From: Octopus vulgaris
Lineage: Eukaryota
Direction of reading: 5' to 3'
DNA length: 64,000 nt
NCBI GenBank assembly: GCA_951406725.2
Contig: OX597815.1
Location: 157,976,001-158,040,000, forward strand
The notes beneath the pieces are model-generated. The model saw only the letters and a list, made by a program, of their open reading frames with translations, had not been told where the DNA came from and made no database searches. The position numbers were made by a program, and so were the translations under genes. Positions 40,370 through 53,789 of this stretch are shown piece by piece (position 1 is the stretch's first letter; every line of letters begins with the position of its first letter).

Positions 40370-41228
40370 TAGCATTAGGAAAATCTAGCCAAAGTTTGAG
40401 GAGGATGCTGCATGCTGATTTGAAACTGCATCCTCACAAAATGATGTTAGTTCAAGAATTAACCGAGACAGATCATAACAATTGTAAAGCCCTATGTATA
40501 AATATTTTTGCACAAGTTCCTGTTGCAGCTGTTCTTCTGAGTACCAATGAGGCTCACTTCCCTATCAATGGAAATGTAAACAAGCAGAATTTTTGCTACT
40601 GGGCTAAACATAATCCTTATTAACTCTTTGTGTAACTGTGTGGTGTGCAGTTGCCAATTTTGGAGTCATCATCCCATACTTTTTTGAAGGAGGTGATGAA
40701 ACAGTAACAGTTACCTCTGGTCAGTACATCAAAATGTTGGGGAACTTTTTGCACCCTAAAATGGATGTGTTGGATTCTGACCATCTATGTTTTAAACAGG
40801 ATGGGGCTACAGCTCACATAGCATGACGTTTGCTTGGAGTAGTGAGGGAAATATTTCCTGGGCATTTAATTTCTTTGAGGAGAGATGTAGGGTGGCTGGC
40901 AAGGCCACTAGATTTAAGCCCTTGTGACTTTTTCTTTTGGAGATACCTAAATGAAAAGTTTTCTGACATTGTCCTTGAACTCTTGGGGATTTGAAAGAAA
41001 GGTTTTGTGAGGAAATCAATGCAATACCACCCGAGATGACATGGAGAGTCATGGAGAACTTCTGGGAATGACTGCATCAATGTATTGCCGACAATGGTTA
41101 CCATTTGCTTAATATAGTTTTTAAAACCCAGTGAAATAATGTATTTTTTTTATGTACTTTTCAGAAACATACATTTTTTCCTGGATGGTTGTGTTCTCTT
41201 TTTATATTTATTCACAGTGTAGGAGATC
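40370..41228 (+). mobile_element. degraded Tc1/mariner-superfamily transposase, 3' half
   Basis: STNEAHF.INGNVNKQNFCYW; VWCAV..FGVIIPYFFE; FKQDGATAH; LSPCDFFFWRYL; ends CACCCTG|TA. Confidence 0.85.
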
Positions 41229-41289
41229 TTTATGCTCCCACCCTGTATAAGAAAAGAGATGACAAAAGAATAAACAATTATCTTATGAA

Positions 41290-41666
41290 CTTCATTAGCT
41301 TACAGCTGTTTCCAGTACAAGATGCAGTGAACTCATAGTTGCGTGCCTGAGTAACACCTTACAGTTTCATCAAAGCCTCAAATATGAAGTGCATTTAATC
41401 CTTTGTCATCTTTTCTCTTATTACAACTCTATACTCAAGTAAAGCTTCATTCAGAAGCATATGTATACGAGTTCTACACCAGGTTATTAGTATCACAATG
41501 CTTAAGCAATATATATTTATACAATATATTGAATATATGATAAGGGAACAGGATTTAGATGGTCAACTTCATTAGTTTACAACTGTTTCTGTTATAAGAT
41601 GCAGTGCACTCAGAGTTGTGTGTTTGCACATTATCTTATAGCTTCCTTAGAGCTTTGAAGGTGAAG
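41290..41666 (-). ncRNA. pair of decayed hammerhead motifs in tandem repeat units (41290-41389 and 41567-41666)
   Basis: Copy 1: GGCT-TTGATGA...GAAAC-AGCT-GTA-AGCT. Copy 2: AGCT-CTAAGGA-..TATAAGAT...ATCTTATA..-GAAAC-AGTT-GTA-AACT. Each core is one mismatch from CUGANGA; the period is 277 nt. Confidence 0.6.
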
Positions 41667-41699
41667 CATAGTAAAGCATTGTAAATACTTTCGAGAAAC

Positions 41700-41975
41700 A
41701 AAATGGTATCATTTCTGCACCCACTCTATTCACCAGATTTAGCACCTGTGGACTACCATTTCTGTCCCAAGATGGAAATACAGCTCACAGGTCGCTCTTT
41801 TAACTCAGTTGTTGAGATCCAGAGCAAAATGTAGAAAGTCCTCAACTTGCTTACCAAAATGACTTCCAGGTTGGATTCCAGAAGTGGCTGAATTCTGAAA
41901 GTGGGACCAGTGCATTGCTAAGTTATTTTTTATTAAACATAACTAAACCAGAAACCTTTTGATACCACCTCGTAT
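41700..41975 (+). mobile_element. mariner 3' fragment
   Basis: HPLYSPDLAPVDYH motif; ends ACCACCTCG|TA. Confidence 0.75.
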
Positions 41976-41989
41976 ATATATATATATAT

Positions 41990-42123
41990 ATATATAATAA
42001 ATGTGAAAAATAATTTTTGTGTGTCAGTGTGTCACACTTTGACCCCCCCCCATTCTCTCTCCATTCAATGACACTTCATGGTGCTGGGGTGAGAATAATA
42101 GTAGGCATAGAGACGGCAAGGGC

Positions 42124-42157
<34 letters not shown>

Positions 42158-43595
42158 TGGGTATGTGAGAGAAAGAGGGAGATGATGTTTCCTGGTCAGA
42201 AATTCCTGTGGCCAGCATACTGAACCTATCATTTTTGTTTTATTTTTTGCTTTCTTTAATACACATGTGTGTGTGTGTACATATATACATTTACATATAT
42301 GCACACACATACACATATAAAATACACTTTAATTGAAATACAGTTTCCCCAAAATTAAACATCTGATATTATAAATGTGAAAACTAATTTCTGTGTGCCT
42401 CCCACTATTCAATGACACTCCTACTATTCCTCATGATGGGGTGAAAGTAATAGTAGGCATAGAGATGGTGAGGGTGGTGGCAAAGAGAGAGAGAGAGAAA
42501 GAGAGACAAAGAAATTTAAGGAGAGTTGATGATATTTTATTAAAAGTAGTAGTGTTGATGGTGGCAGTGGAAGTAATAATAAAAGAGAGAGAAAGAGTGG
42601 GTATGTGAGAGGAAGAGGGAAACGATGTACAACTTTGCTTAACCAATGTCTCTTTGACAGAAATTCCTGTCATCGACATAGTGGACACTGTCATTTTTGT
42701 TTTATTTTTTGCTTTCTTTAATACATATATATACATGCACACACACACACACACATATATATATAAGACGTACTTTAATTGAAATAAAGTTTCCCCAAAA
42801 TTAAACATATCTAATATATAAATATGAATGTCAGTATGTCACACTCTTTACAACTTTAAATCCTTTCTACTGGAAGCAAAAGGCCTCAAATTTTGAGGGA
42901 GGGGATTAAGTTGATTACATTGATCTCAGTACATAACTGGTACTAATTTTATCGACTCCCAAAAGGATGAAAGCAAAGTTGACCTTGGTGGAATTCGAAC
43001 TCAAAACCTAGCAGCAGACAAAATACTACTAGGCATTTTGCCTGGTGTACTAACAATTCTGTCAGCTCACTGCCTTCAAATAATATAAGGATATAATATA
43101 ATAAATGTGAAAGTCAGTGTGTCACACTTTTCAACTTAATTCCTAGAGGCTGTACCCCAACATATACCATTTTGGAATCAGGCTGACTCTGTGAGTAAAT
43201 TCAAAACATTACGGACCGAATCTGGACACACAATCCTGAAATTTTGGATTAACCAAATTTTCATTACTGTGATTGTTTTCGGAGATTTTATTACGTAACT
43301 TTTTGCGACAATTTTTTGTGTATGATAACAATTTTTATAATCTAAAGGCCAACTTTGTGAGTAAATTAAAAACATTCTGGGCCAAATCCGGACCTGCAAT
43401 CCTGAAATTTTGGATTCCTATGTTCTCATTACTGTGATTGTTTTTGATAATTTTTTTTAAAATGACTTTTAGCAAAGAATATGATCATCATCAGAATATG
43501 ACTCTGGAGGAGGCAATTGCAACAAATTCTACAAAACAAGTCAGAGATCTGTTTGCAGAACTTCCCATTCGGGGTTAGGTGCTTAAAAGCTAATA
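41990..43595 (+). mobile_element. Helitron-like tandem array with repeated 5' modules; SINE inserted at 42858-43075
   Basis: The module ataaat(g/a)tgaa...tg(t)cacact recurs near 41995, 42365, 42810 and 43095. Two ~400-bp units are similar. The end has a short CCC..GGG hairpin and a degenerate GCTAA. Confidence 0.5.
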
Positions 43596-46500
43596 TATAT
43601 ACATATATACACACACACACAATAGAATGTAGGTGCGTGTGTATGCAGACTGCAAAATAATTAGCTAATTAACTGAAAAATAAGCTTTGATCAAGCAATA
43701 CCATCATTATCACCATCACTGTAATGTTTAGAGTTTTATACTAGTTAAATAGGTTTGCAGTTTGACACATTGTTATTCCTCTTGATCATGTGACTCGTGG
43801 CACATTTCTGAATTTACCGACTTCTTGTCTGCTACACACGTTGGCTGGTGCCTATAATATCCAATTTGCCTTCTCAGCTTGTGGCCACAAGCTTAGACTT
43901 TCATTTGATGTCTAAGAATTGCTATTATGCAGCTTTATATTTCATACATCTACTTTTTACACAAAGAGGTAAAAACCCTTTGTTGCTAAAATATTCCAAC
44001 ACTAATTAAAGTTCACCTAAGCAATACTGTTACTTTAGCAAGCCACTTAATATCATTTCATAGGTGTTCTGACTGTGATCACATTCAAAAAATAAAAAAC
44101 AAATCACTTATATACATTGTTTGTTTATCTGCCAGAGACCCAATTGAACTTCTTGTGCACCTAGTACTGACATTGAATATAAAGTACTAAGGTTTTTTCT
44201 TGTATAGTGAACAAGGTTACTTTCCAAATGGAAATATGAGTTAATACTATCTGTTGACTTTATCTTTGGACTATAGGACACATATAAGATGCAATGAAAA
44301 CTGGACAGGATTTTAAAAATTCCCAATGACATTTATTGAACTTTGGACTCTAATGAAATATTTTGTTAACTTCTTGTAATCAGAAGCAAGAGTTTATGCC
44401 ATATGTGAATTTTTGTTTTACTTATAGCTTGTGATTATAAAGACAGTAGCATAATAGTTTGAAACTTCTTATCCTGGTATAACCTCAGTTTATTAGTTTT
44501 GTTGAAACAAACCTATGGCCAAAAAGATACTATTTAAATATTTTGGGTTTTCCACTTGAAGTGTTATGTTTCAGTCTGGTTTGAAGAATAAGCTGCAGAT
44601 ACTGCCATGTGTCATGGTTCATTGATCAGAGCATTTTTTTCTCCTCTTTATTTATTCAGCTTTTGAAGTTTTCATGGTGTTCACATTTGAACAAAGAAAT
44701 GCTATTTTGTATTTGTATACAAAGGTAAACAAAGAATTTTTGCACAATTGTGCAATTTGTATTAGTTACTTAACTACAATAAACATATTTTAGTATGAGC
44801 TAACTTAGCAAAAGTGGAATTGAAAAATTTTTTTTTGAAATTTATAATTGAAAGGTCTGTTCTTAAAAAGAGCTGTGAAAATGCTGGAAAATATTTCTGC
44901 ATATCAGGGTTTCCTTAATATATATTGGAATAAATACATTGGTGCAAAGACTATTAACCAATTTTCCACTGATTTATTATTAATAATTTCAAAGATTCCA
45001 AACAATTCTGTAATGTATTGAGTTGTTTGAACAAGAATGAAGATTGCAATCAAACTGTTTATAGTAGAAGAATTTGAGCTTTTGGCTATAGATGTAGATA
45101 CATAATGGGGAGTAAATACACAAACAACACATCTGATGTAAATACAGTAATTTTTTGCTGCATACATGCAGTACTTCTTTGATACTAAAATTTCTTTTAA
45201 TTTGATTCTCCTCTACATAGTCCAGTCTCCTAATCCATCTCACGACAAATTAGCAAATGTTCTCTGACCACTTCATATATCACAATCATTGAGTGCATGA
45301 CAGAAATCAATTACAAGACAATATTCTGATAACCTAAAGATTGCTACCACTGTAACCAAGAGCTCAATTTCCCCAACAAAGCCTAGTAAATATTAGTTTT
45401 GAGAGATAACAAAATTTCCTTGATTACTTTCTTTACTAGTTTATTTCAACAATTCATTTGTATGACAATGTACAAGCAATTGTCATCTATGAGAACAGAA
45501 GATTTCAAGAAACGTCTAACAACCTTAGTGTGCTTAAAAGAAACTTAGACTTTGCTATAATAACATATTTGCATTAAAGTTAGAAATGAAAACAATTTAA
45601 CATAATACTACAATTTAAGATTTAGCAAATTTTTAAAGGCGCACAAAAATTGAAGAAAATATTTAGATTTATTTGAATAAATGGTCTGAGAGAGAAAGAA
45701 GAGAATAATATTTACAAAATAATTTAGTCTTTTAATGGGAACTTTTCTATGGAATACAAAAGTCACTCTGTTGATAATGAAGGTAATTTTAAAACAGTTA
45801 AAATTTATTTTAATAATTTTATTTAAAGTGTAGTGTAAAATAAATGTGTATAGTGTGTGTATGAAGACAAAAACAATAAAAATCCATTAAAGATAAAAAA
45901 TACTGTATACATTTTATTTGAATTAAAATGTTCAAAGCACATTTTAAATGCATTTTACAATATAAAATTTTTGTACTTATACAGTCTATGTTAAAATATT
46001 ACAAATAAAATTAAGATAAACTAGAAAGATTAATCTGATGTAAAAATTTATCTAAATAATATAGTTATTTCATGTTAATTCATTTTTCCAAAGTAACTAA
46101 AAAATAGATTTAAAATATTTTCCTAATTTATCTAACATTTTACAATGGTAAACAGAGTATATATATAATAAATTTCAGAGATACAAATTTTTATCAGAGA
46201 TAACTTCTCTCAAATACTAAAACAAATTTATTTTCCTTATATAAATCAATAAAAGCATAGAAAATATTAAATAAAAAGTTAGCTAAATAACTTTTAAGTG
46301 AAAAAGCTGACAAAAAAGTTTCCTTTAATTTATGAAATGAAATAATTTAGATGACAAAAACCTGCAAAGGAAAATTAAAAAAAAATTAACAAAATAAACT
46401 TGTATGATTTTTTTTTTTACCAAGGAAAATAGTATTTCAATATTTAATTTTGAGGGAAGCATTGTTAAAAATTCTCATTTATTGAACAAATAAATATTAA

Positions 46501-46879
46501 AATTTCCTACATTATATATTTATTCATAAATCTAATATCTTTAAGATGAAATTGAGGATAATTTTGGCAAACATTTCCCCTTTCCTTATTTGCTATTAAT
46601 TATATATTTAAATATTTGCTAATGAAAGGAATATGTTACCTGATTTTCCATAAAAAATTAGTCTATTGCAGTTTTAGTGTTATCTATCTATAAATGCTTA
46701 AAAGATTTCAGAATTCCAAATGTTTACCAGATAAGCAAATTAAATAAAAATAATAATTACTTATATGTAAAAGATTGAATTAAAATAAAAAAAGTAATTG
46801 GTATCATAAATGACCAACAGTAAGAATTTCATTATTTCAATGTTTTGCTCTTCTAAGTTTAAAAAAAAAGGAAAAAAAA

Positions 46880-47140
46880 AACATATATATATATGTATAT
46901 ATATATATAAACATACATATATATACATATATGTGTGTGTGTATATATATATATATATATACACATACACACATATATATATATATACATATGTGTGTGT
47001 ATATATATACACACACACACATATATACACATGCATATATATATACATATATACACATATATATATACACATGCATATATATACATATATACACATATAT
47101 AAATACACATGCATATATATACATATATACACACACATAC

Positions 47141-47200
<60 letters not shown>

Positions 47201-47206
47201 TACATA

Positions 47207-47252
<46 letters not shown>
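46880..47252. repeat. (TA)/(CA) microsatellite block
   Basis: Directly visible. Confidence 0.95.
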
Positions 47253-47253
<1 letters not shown>

Positions 47254-49637
47254 TGATATACCTCCGAATTAAGAAACTTGGAGTTCTTAATAACAAACTA
47301 ACTAATATGTTTATTAACAATGATCATGATGATAATGTTGAAGATGAAGGTGATATTTGTAACAACAATAATAACAATAACAGAACTAAAATTAAAGGCA
47401 GCATCAACAGTAATAGCAGAAAAGAAAAACAATTTGTTTAATTACTCGGAGCAAAGAAATATTCAAAAATAATAATTTTAAATAATTTGCTCTCTTGATC
47501 TAAGAGATTAAATAGATCAGATTTCATGTGTATGTTAATAGTAATTGTATAGCAACTGCTACTTGGGAAATAAATTATTATGCAAATAATAAAATATTTC
47601 TAATATCAGTATTGCTATTTTAAACAAATAAAAAAAAAAAACATATAGAAGTCCAAATTTTATCCAAATTCTAATTGAATTAAGAGAGCTCTTCTACATT
47701 TTCCAAGAGTGGGGGTGGTTTACAAAAAATTTAAACATGAAGTATATAATAACTAAATATTCTAAAAAATACAGAAAAGCAAATTAACTAAAAAGAAGGT
47801 TTATAGCATTAAACAAAGTCAGTTGCCATATGCACACTATGTTGCTGGATGTAGGAGAAAATTGCATATTACTTTCAGAATTTTTACTTTGATACCGTTA
47901 CATCAAATCCAGTAATATATACAGTTCGGTAATCCATAGAAAACTATATACATATAAAGAGTGGGAAAATATTAGTTAAACACTGATTTTTTTTCCAGCA
48001 TTCATAAGAAATAAAGATTAATTCAGCACCAAATATGATGCAGAAATCCAAAACCTTTGCAATTTACTATTAATTCTAAGTATACCATTAAGTGAAAAAG
48101 TGATTTCAGTTTTTAAGGATAAAGTTTTGTTGTACTAAAGATATAAGTAATTTTTCAGAATGCATTTTTGTTATTAGACTAAACATTAACTTTCTATAGA
48201 TGTGTTTATGTATTTGATGAAAAGTACTTACAAGTATGTATTTATATACGTAACTGGAATTTGATGGATATATATATATATATATATATATATGATATTA
48301 ATTGCAATATGTGTATATCCAATTTCTCCTCAGTATATACGCACATACATGAATACTGAATTTTTGTGTGTGTTTGTGTGTTTGTGTGCTTATGAATGTA
48401 TGTGTATGTTCACCTATATGTGAGTATGGCTACGTGTGTGTATTTATATAGATTTATGTGTATGTATCTCTGCATCAGTTTTTGTGGACATGTAAATATA
48501 TATACATTTATGCTTGCTTATTGTTAAATGTGTGTAATGTAAAATGAGATAACTTTGGATAGGTATAGAACAGTTGTAGCCATGGTCAGCTCCACAGCAG
48601 TGTGTGTATATGTATACATACATACATACATATATATTTTCACACACACACACACACATATACACACACTCCAAATGAATCGAGAAGAATGCATGATGCA
48701 CAAAACAAATCCTTTATTGTTTAGTAGTGAGAGTAAAAAAACTCTGCAATGTTAAGTTTTGGTTAAATTATATTGTGATTAATGGACATTTCCTCACTGA
48801 TTGTTCTTGTCTAACTCCGATTTAACTTACTTAAAACAAATTAGCTAAAATTTATCTGCTAAACTAAATTTTTTTTTATATTGTGTATTCTGTAATCTTG
48901 AAAATCTGGAGATATTTCTAACAAGTGTATTAATTGGTGCTAAAATATCAAGTCTATATGTTCTGAATATCTGCTTCAAAGCTACTAACATTATATTTCT
49001 AATGAAATGTTCTGAGAAAATAAATGGATGAGTGGTGGGAATAGTTGTAGACATTTACTCAAATCTAGATATGTAGGGACACTGAATTAATATGTTGCTG
49101 ATGCTGTGATTTATAATGAATGATATTCATATTTAGTGGAAATGCTAAACATATACTGAAATTCAAATTATAATCAAGTTCTCGTTATAACTATAATTTT
49201 TATTTATAAATAAAATTTAATAACTAATATCATTAATATTTTAGTCAAATTTATTATACTTAGAACATTAATAGCAGTGAATAAGAAAATACCAGTAACG
49301 ACCCAACACTAGTTCAATTGCAAAAAAAGATCAAATAGACATAAGCAGAAAAAAATTTTCTGATTCTGTCTTGGTTATATAAATTAATATATTTTTTTTT
49401 AAAGATACAATTTCTTGAATATTTAAATGTATAAACACATATACCCACATTTATCTATCTACATGAATACATATGTGAATATGTAGATGCAATATAAACA
49501 TATATTTACATATGTACATACACCCATGCATCTTATATGCACACATATAAATACACTTCCAAATAAGAGTGCATGTATATACACATATGTAAATACATTT
49601 ATATGCAGATACACACACACATGCATATATATATATA

Positions 49638-49682
<45 letters not shown>

Positions 49683-49685
49683 GCA

Positions 49686-49722
<37 letters not shown>

Positions 49723-52248
49723 AGACGCACAATTACAAGATCTTTTGTCCATATAAATGCAAAGTAAAGCACATGGTGAAGCACTGTAGCACTAGAATAA
49801 AGACATAAGGCAGCAGGTAAGGGCTTGTCATTTGAATTAATGAGCTGTTCCATTATATAGAAATGAACACAAAGAACATTTTTATGATTTTCCTGCTATC
49901 TAACACATATATCTAAAGGAAAGAGGTAAAAGAATGGAAATGAAAAAAAAAAGGGAAAAAAGGGAAATGTAACTTTGCTTTTTTTTTTCTGTAAGTAAAG
50001 GCTGAAAAGTCTTTTTTGTTTTATGGACTAACTTACAATTCTTGAGAACCAACCAAAACTTACATCAGTATAACCATTATTTATTTATACTACAGTATCC
50101 CTGCATTACGAGGTAACAAAAAAATTTACACCATTCTTATGTCTTTAGTGATGTATATATCACTATACAATCCTTTGTATTTGAACAATTATTTACAATA
50201 AGATGCTCATAATTATTTTCTGTAAAATGCTTATTGAAATGACTGATTGATGAACACAGTTAGAAAATGTTCCTTTTTTTTTCATGCATGATTTTTTTTT
50301 ATTTAGTTATTTGTTGTTTTTTTATGTTTCTCTCCAATTCACACAGTCAAAATGATGGGATCATACTTGATGCTTGCCTTTTACGCATAGGGCAAGTTCA
50401 GAAAATTCTTGTATCCTGGTCTGTCATTACTTGGACAATGACATTTCTGCTTACAGTGTAATTTACTCGGTCTTTTTGTTTCTTTTACTTTCATTATATA
50501 CAGCTGGGCCATTTAAAATAAGCTTATTCCTGGATCACTGGAAAAACAAAAACAAAAGGACAGTAATTACTTTAAAGATACTAAATCTTAACAAAATATC
50601 TGATACTTAAGACCTTTACATTCTGTTTAAGTAATATAGATTTAAATTTAAATGTATAATTAGTTATAATAAATTTACTGTTATTTATCATAGGGGTTAA
50701 ATATGGGTATCAAACACAAACATCTGTGGGTATACGTACTTGTGTGTGTGTCACTTCCTTCTCTACATATATAATTGCAAGTTTTACACTTCTAAATGAT
50801 TTATTTTAATTTGCATGAATGAAAGCACTTAATGATATAGACAGTATGAGTGTGTTGGCTAAAAGTATGACTATAAATAACTGTATTTTAATAAAAGCAT
50901 TTATCTGGGCTATTTGATAAATTTATTTATTGACTGAATGTTTAGAATATTTAGGAAGAAGAAAGATTGATGTAGCATTTACAAATGTAGTTACATCCTA
51001 TAATATAGCAAATTTTATGTTTCAAATAAAAAATTCATAAAAAAAAGGAAAAACAAAAAAAGCAGTTGAATTAGACCCAACTGACCAAAGTATAAAACTG
51101 GTTACCTGCAGGACAACAAACATAGAGAATTGAAGAATGGCAAAACATCATGCAATAATTAAGCTCTTGCTTATTATTTTTAACAAAAAAAAAATGAAAG
51201 GAAGAAAACTGAAAAACAAACAACATGCAAGTAGCTTTTGAAAATTCAAAACAAACACACATACATGGGCACATACACACACACAGGCATGCACGCGCAC
51301 ACACACACACACACACACACAGACACAGACAGACAGAGCCTTATATTGTAATGTTATAAAAGGACTTATAAGGCAATATATTATTTAGTGAAGTAGAAAA
51401 GTATTTTGAGTGTAATATTTACAATAACATGAGGGGAAACAAATTTCAATATTTCCTTGTGAGGAGAATCTGAGATGTTTATTAGTATGGAAAAATAAAA
51501 CGAGACTTATTTCTTGGGTTGAATGAAATGCAAACTTGATATTTCCAGCCAAAAATATCAGTTGTATCTAATAAGAAATACTACATACAATTAAGGCATG
51601 GTTTTTATCATTAAAACCTAACTTGTTTTGCAAAAATGTAAAACATTGATATTAGCAATATACAACTGATAGTTGAAAAACAAAATCATACTAAAGAAAG
51701 CTGATGTAAAAGTTATCAAAAGGCAGCTAGTAATGTTTAAAAATGAAGACAAAATTGTCAAGTCTTTGTAAGGGACAACATAAGTTTTTTTTCATCTCCA
51801 TATCATGACCTGGCTCTATGATATTGAAGTGCTGTGAGCAGTCAATAGGAAAAAAAAAAAGAATGGTTGGAAAGAAAAAAATAAGATATGTAACCAATAG
51901 TTTTATTTTCAATATAAAACTGAATAAGGAAGGTAAATCGGCATGTTAAGGGTAAGAAACAAAGATTACTAAACATTATAAACAACTATATTTAATTAGG
52001 AAAACAAGAAATAAATGACACCAATAACATTTTCATCTTAACAACTGTTATCTTTTTCATGCTATCATAGTTTGGGCAGGCTTCTAGTACAGTATATTTC
52101 ATTTAGCTGAATTAGTAGAAATAAAAGAAGAAACTGGAATGTATTTATTGTAGCATCAGTAATTTTGTAAGATGATGGGTACTCGCTATCTTATTATAAT
52201 TGGAAAAACTAATCTTGTAGAAGGGTTTGAAGCAAGAGAGCTAACATA

Positions 52249-52320
52249 TTACCAAGATAAATAAATGAGACAACAGAGAAGTAGGAAGAGAGTAGGTGCT
52301 TTGACCACATGCTGCATTAC
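52249..52320 (-). CDS. candidate alternative terminal exon of the MACIT collagen with a hydrophobic GPI-signal-like tail
   Basis: AG at 52321-52322 (moderate pyrimidine tract). Phase 0 gives VMQHVVKAPTLFLLLCCLIYLSW*; phase 1 gives GNAACGQSTYSLPTSLLSHLFILVIC*. No transcript evidence. Confidence 0.3.
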   Translation of the reverse strand, partial: VMQHVVKAPTLFLLLCCLIYLSW

Positions 52321-53389
52321 CTAATGATAATGTCGACAGAAGTTGGCAATTGGTTATTGTAACACCAGAATAAATAACATGCAGATGGAGTAGGTGATGG
52401 AAAGCATATTTTACCTCTTTAAGAAGGTAGATTATTTAGGAATACATTAAGTTTAAAATTTTAGTAATACATGAGAGGGACAGAGAGAGAGAAAGATAGA
52501 GAGAAGGAGAGAGAGAGAGAAAGAGAAAAACACATCCATGGGATTTAATTTAAATAGTGACGCAGTATAGACAGAATTTCACATTTGATATTAGGGAAAA
52601 AATTTTCAAATTTCACGCTTAGTACCTGTTGGGAATGGTGCTAATACCACTAGATAAAAAAGTATATCAAAACAATGATAGTGGTAAATAAGATTATATG
52701 AAGGACAATAAAATTACAGAGCTAATGTGCAGGTTAACAATGAAGTAAACAGAAGTTAGTTTCAAGTATGAATATGCAAAAAGATTCCATACACTATGTA
52801 TGTATTTGAAGTCAAGCTTTAAGGAATAACCTGTTTTGCAAAGTTTAAATTATTGCAAAAAGGCAGGAAAATATTAAATTGTAGTAAGTGAGGTGTAAAA
52901 GATTTATTAGGAAATTGTTGAATATACAGCTAACAAGACATAACATGGAAATTCTCTCATTAGCAATGAAGACTAAAATCAACATGGTTTCAGCATGTTT
53001 AAAGCCTAAAGATGTTAAATTCCATGGTACTATTTCTCTGGTGATGGATGTACAAAGACAAGGACTAAGAACACAAAAGACAACATACTAGTAAACATGT
53101 ACATGTGACAATCTTTTGATAAGGCATGGAAGAGCTACACTCATCAAATAATAGTGGAAAAGAAAGGAAGTAGACTTTTGTTTCATTATAAATTAGGGGA
53201 AAACACAGGAATTAAAGAGCAGTGATATTTTCAAAACAAAATGTAGAATGGGAGCAAAGAATGTGGGGACTTATTTGCAACATATAGCTATTGCATATTT
53301 ACAAACACACATACATACATAGCAGATGTATGTATGTATATATGATGTATGTATGTATATTACTTAATATACACACAGTATATATTTTT

Positions 53390-53642
53390 ATGTGGAAGCG
53401 TGTGGCTTAGTGGTTAGGGTGTCAGCATCATGATTGTAAGATTGTGGTTTCGATTCTTGGACTGGGCGATGCGTTGTGTTCTTGAGCAAAACACTTCGTT
53501 TCATGTTGCTCCAGTCCACACAGCTGGCAAAATTGAGTAACACTGCGGTGAACTGGTGTCCCATCCAGCTGGGGAATACACGTGCCATAGAAACTGGGAA
53601 ACCGGGCCCATGAGCCTGGCTAGGCTTTAAAAGGGCGCATTT
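53390..53642 (+). mobile_element. family C-like CORE SINE
   Basis: gcgtgtggcttagtggttaggg...ggtttcgattc...gtgttcttgagcaaaacactt. Confidence 0.85.
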
Positions 53643-53789
53643 ATTTTTTATTATATATTTTTATGAGCTATTACTAGTTTCATGCGATGAAAAACAACTC
53701 AGCATTTTATAACACATCTGATGCCTTCACACAATCTGCCCATATAGCATAACAAGCTAAAACAGCTTATATGTATACATTATTATTCT

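Noticed and set aside
43750-43915. Short + strand open frame IVIPLDHVTRG…SFDV*
   Set aside because: In-frame stop immediately upstream, with no acceptor or ATG.
44904-45243. Overlapping - strand ORFs of 84-87 aa
   Set aside because: No domain or splice support; more likely UTR or intergenic sequence.
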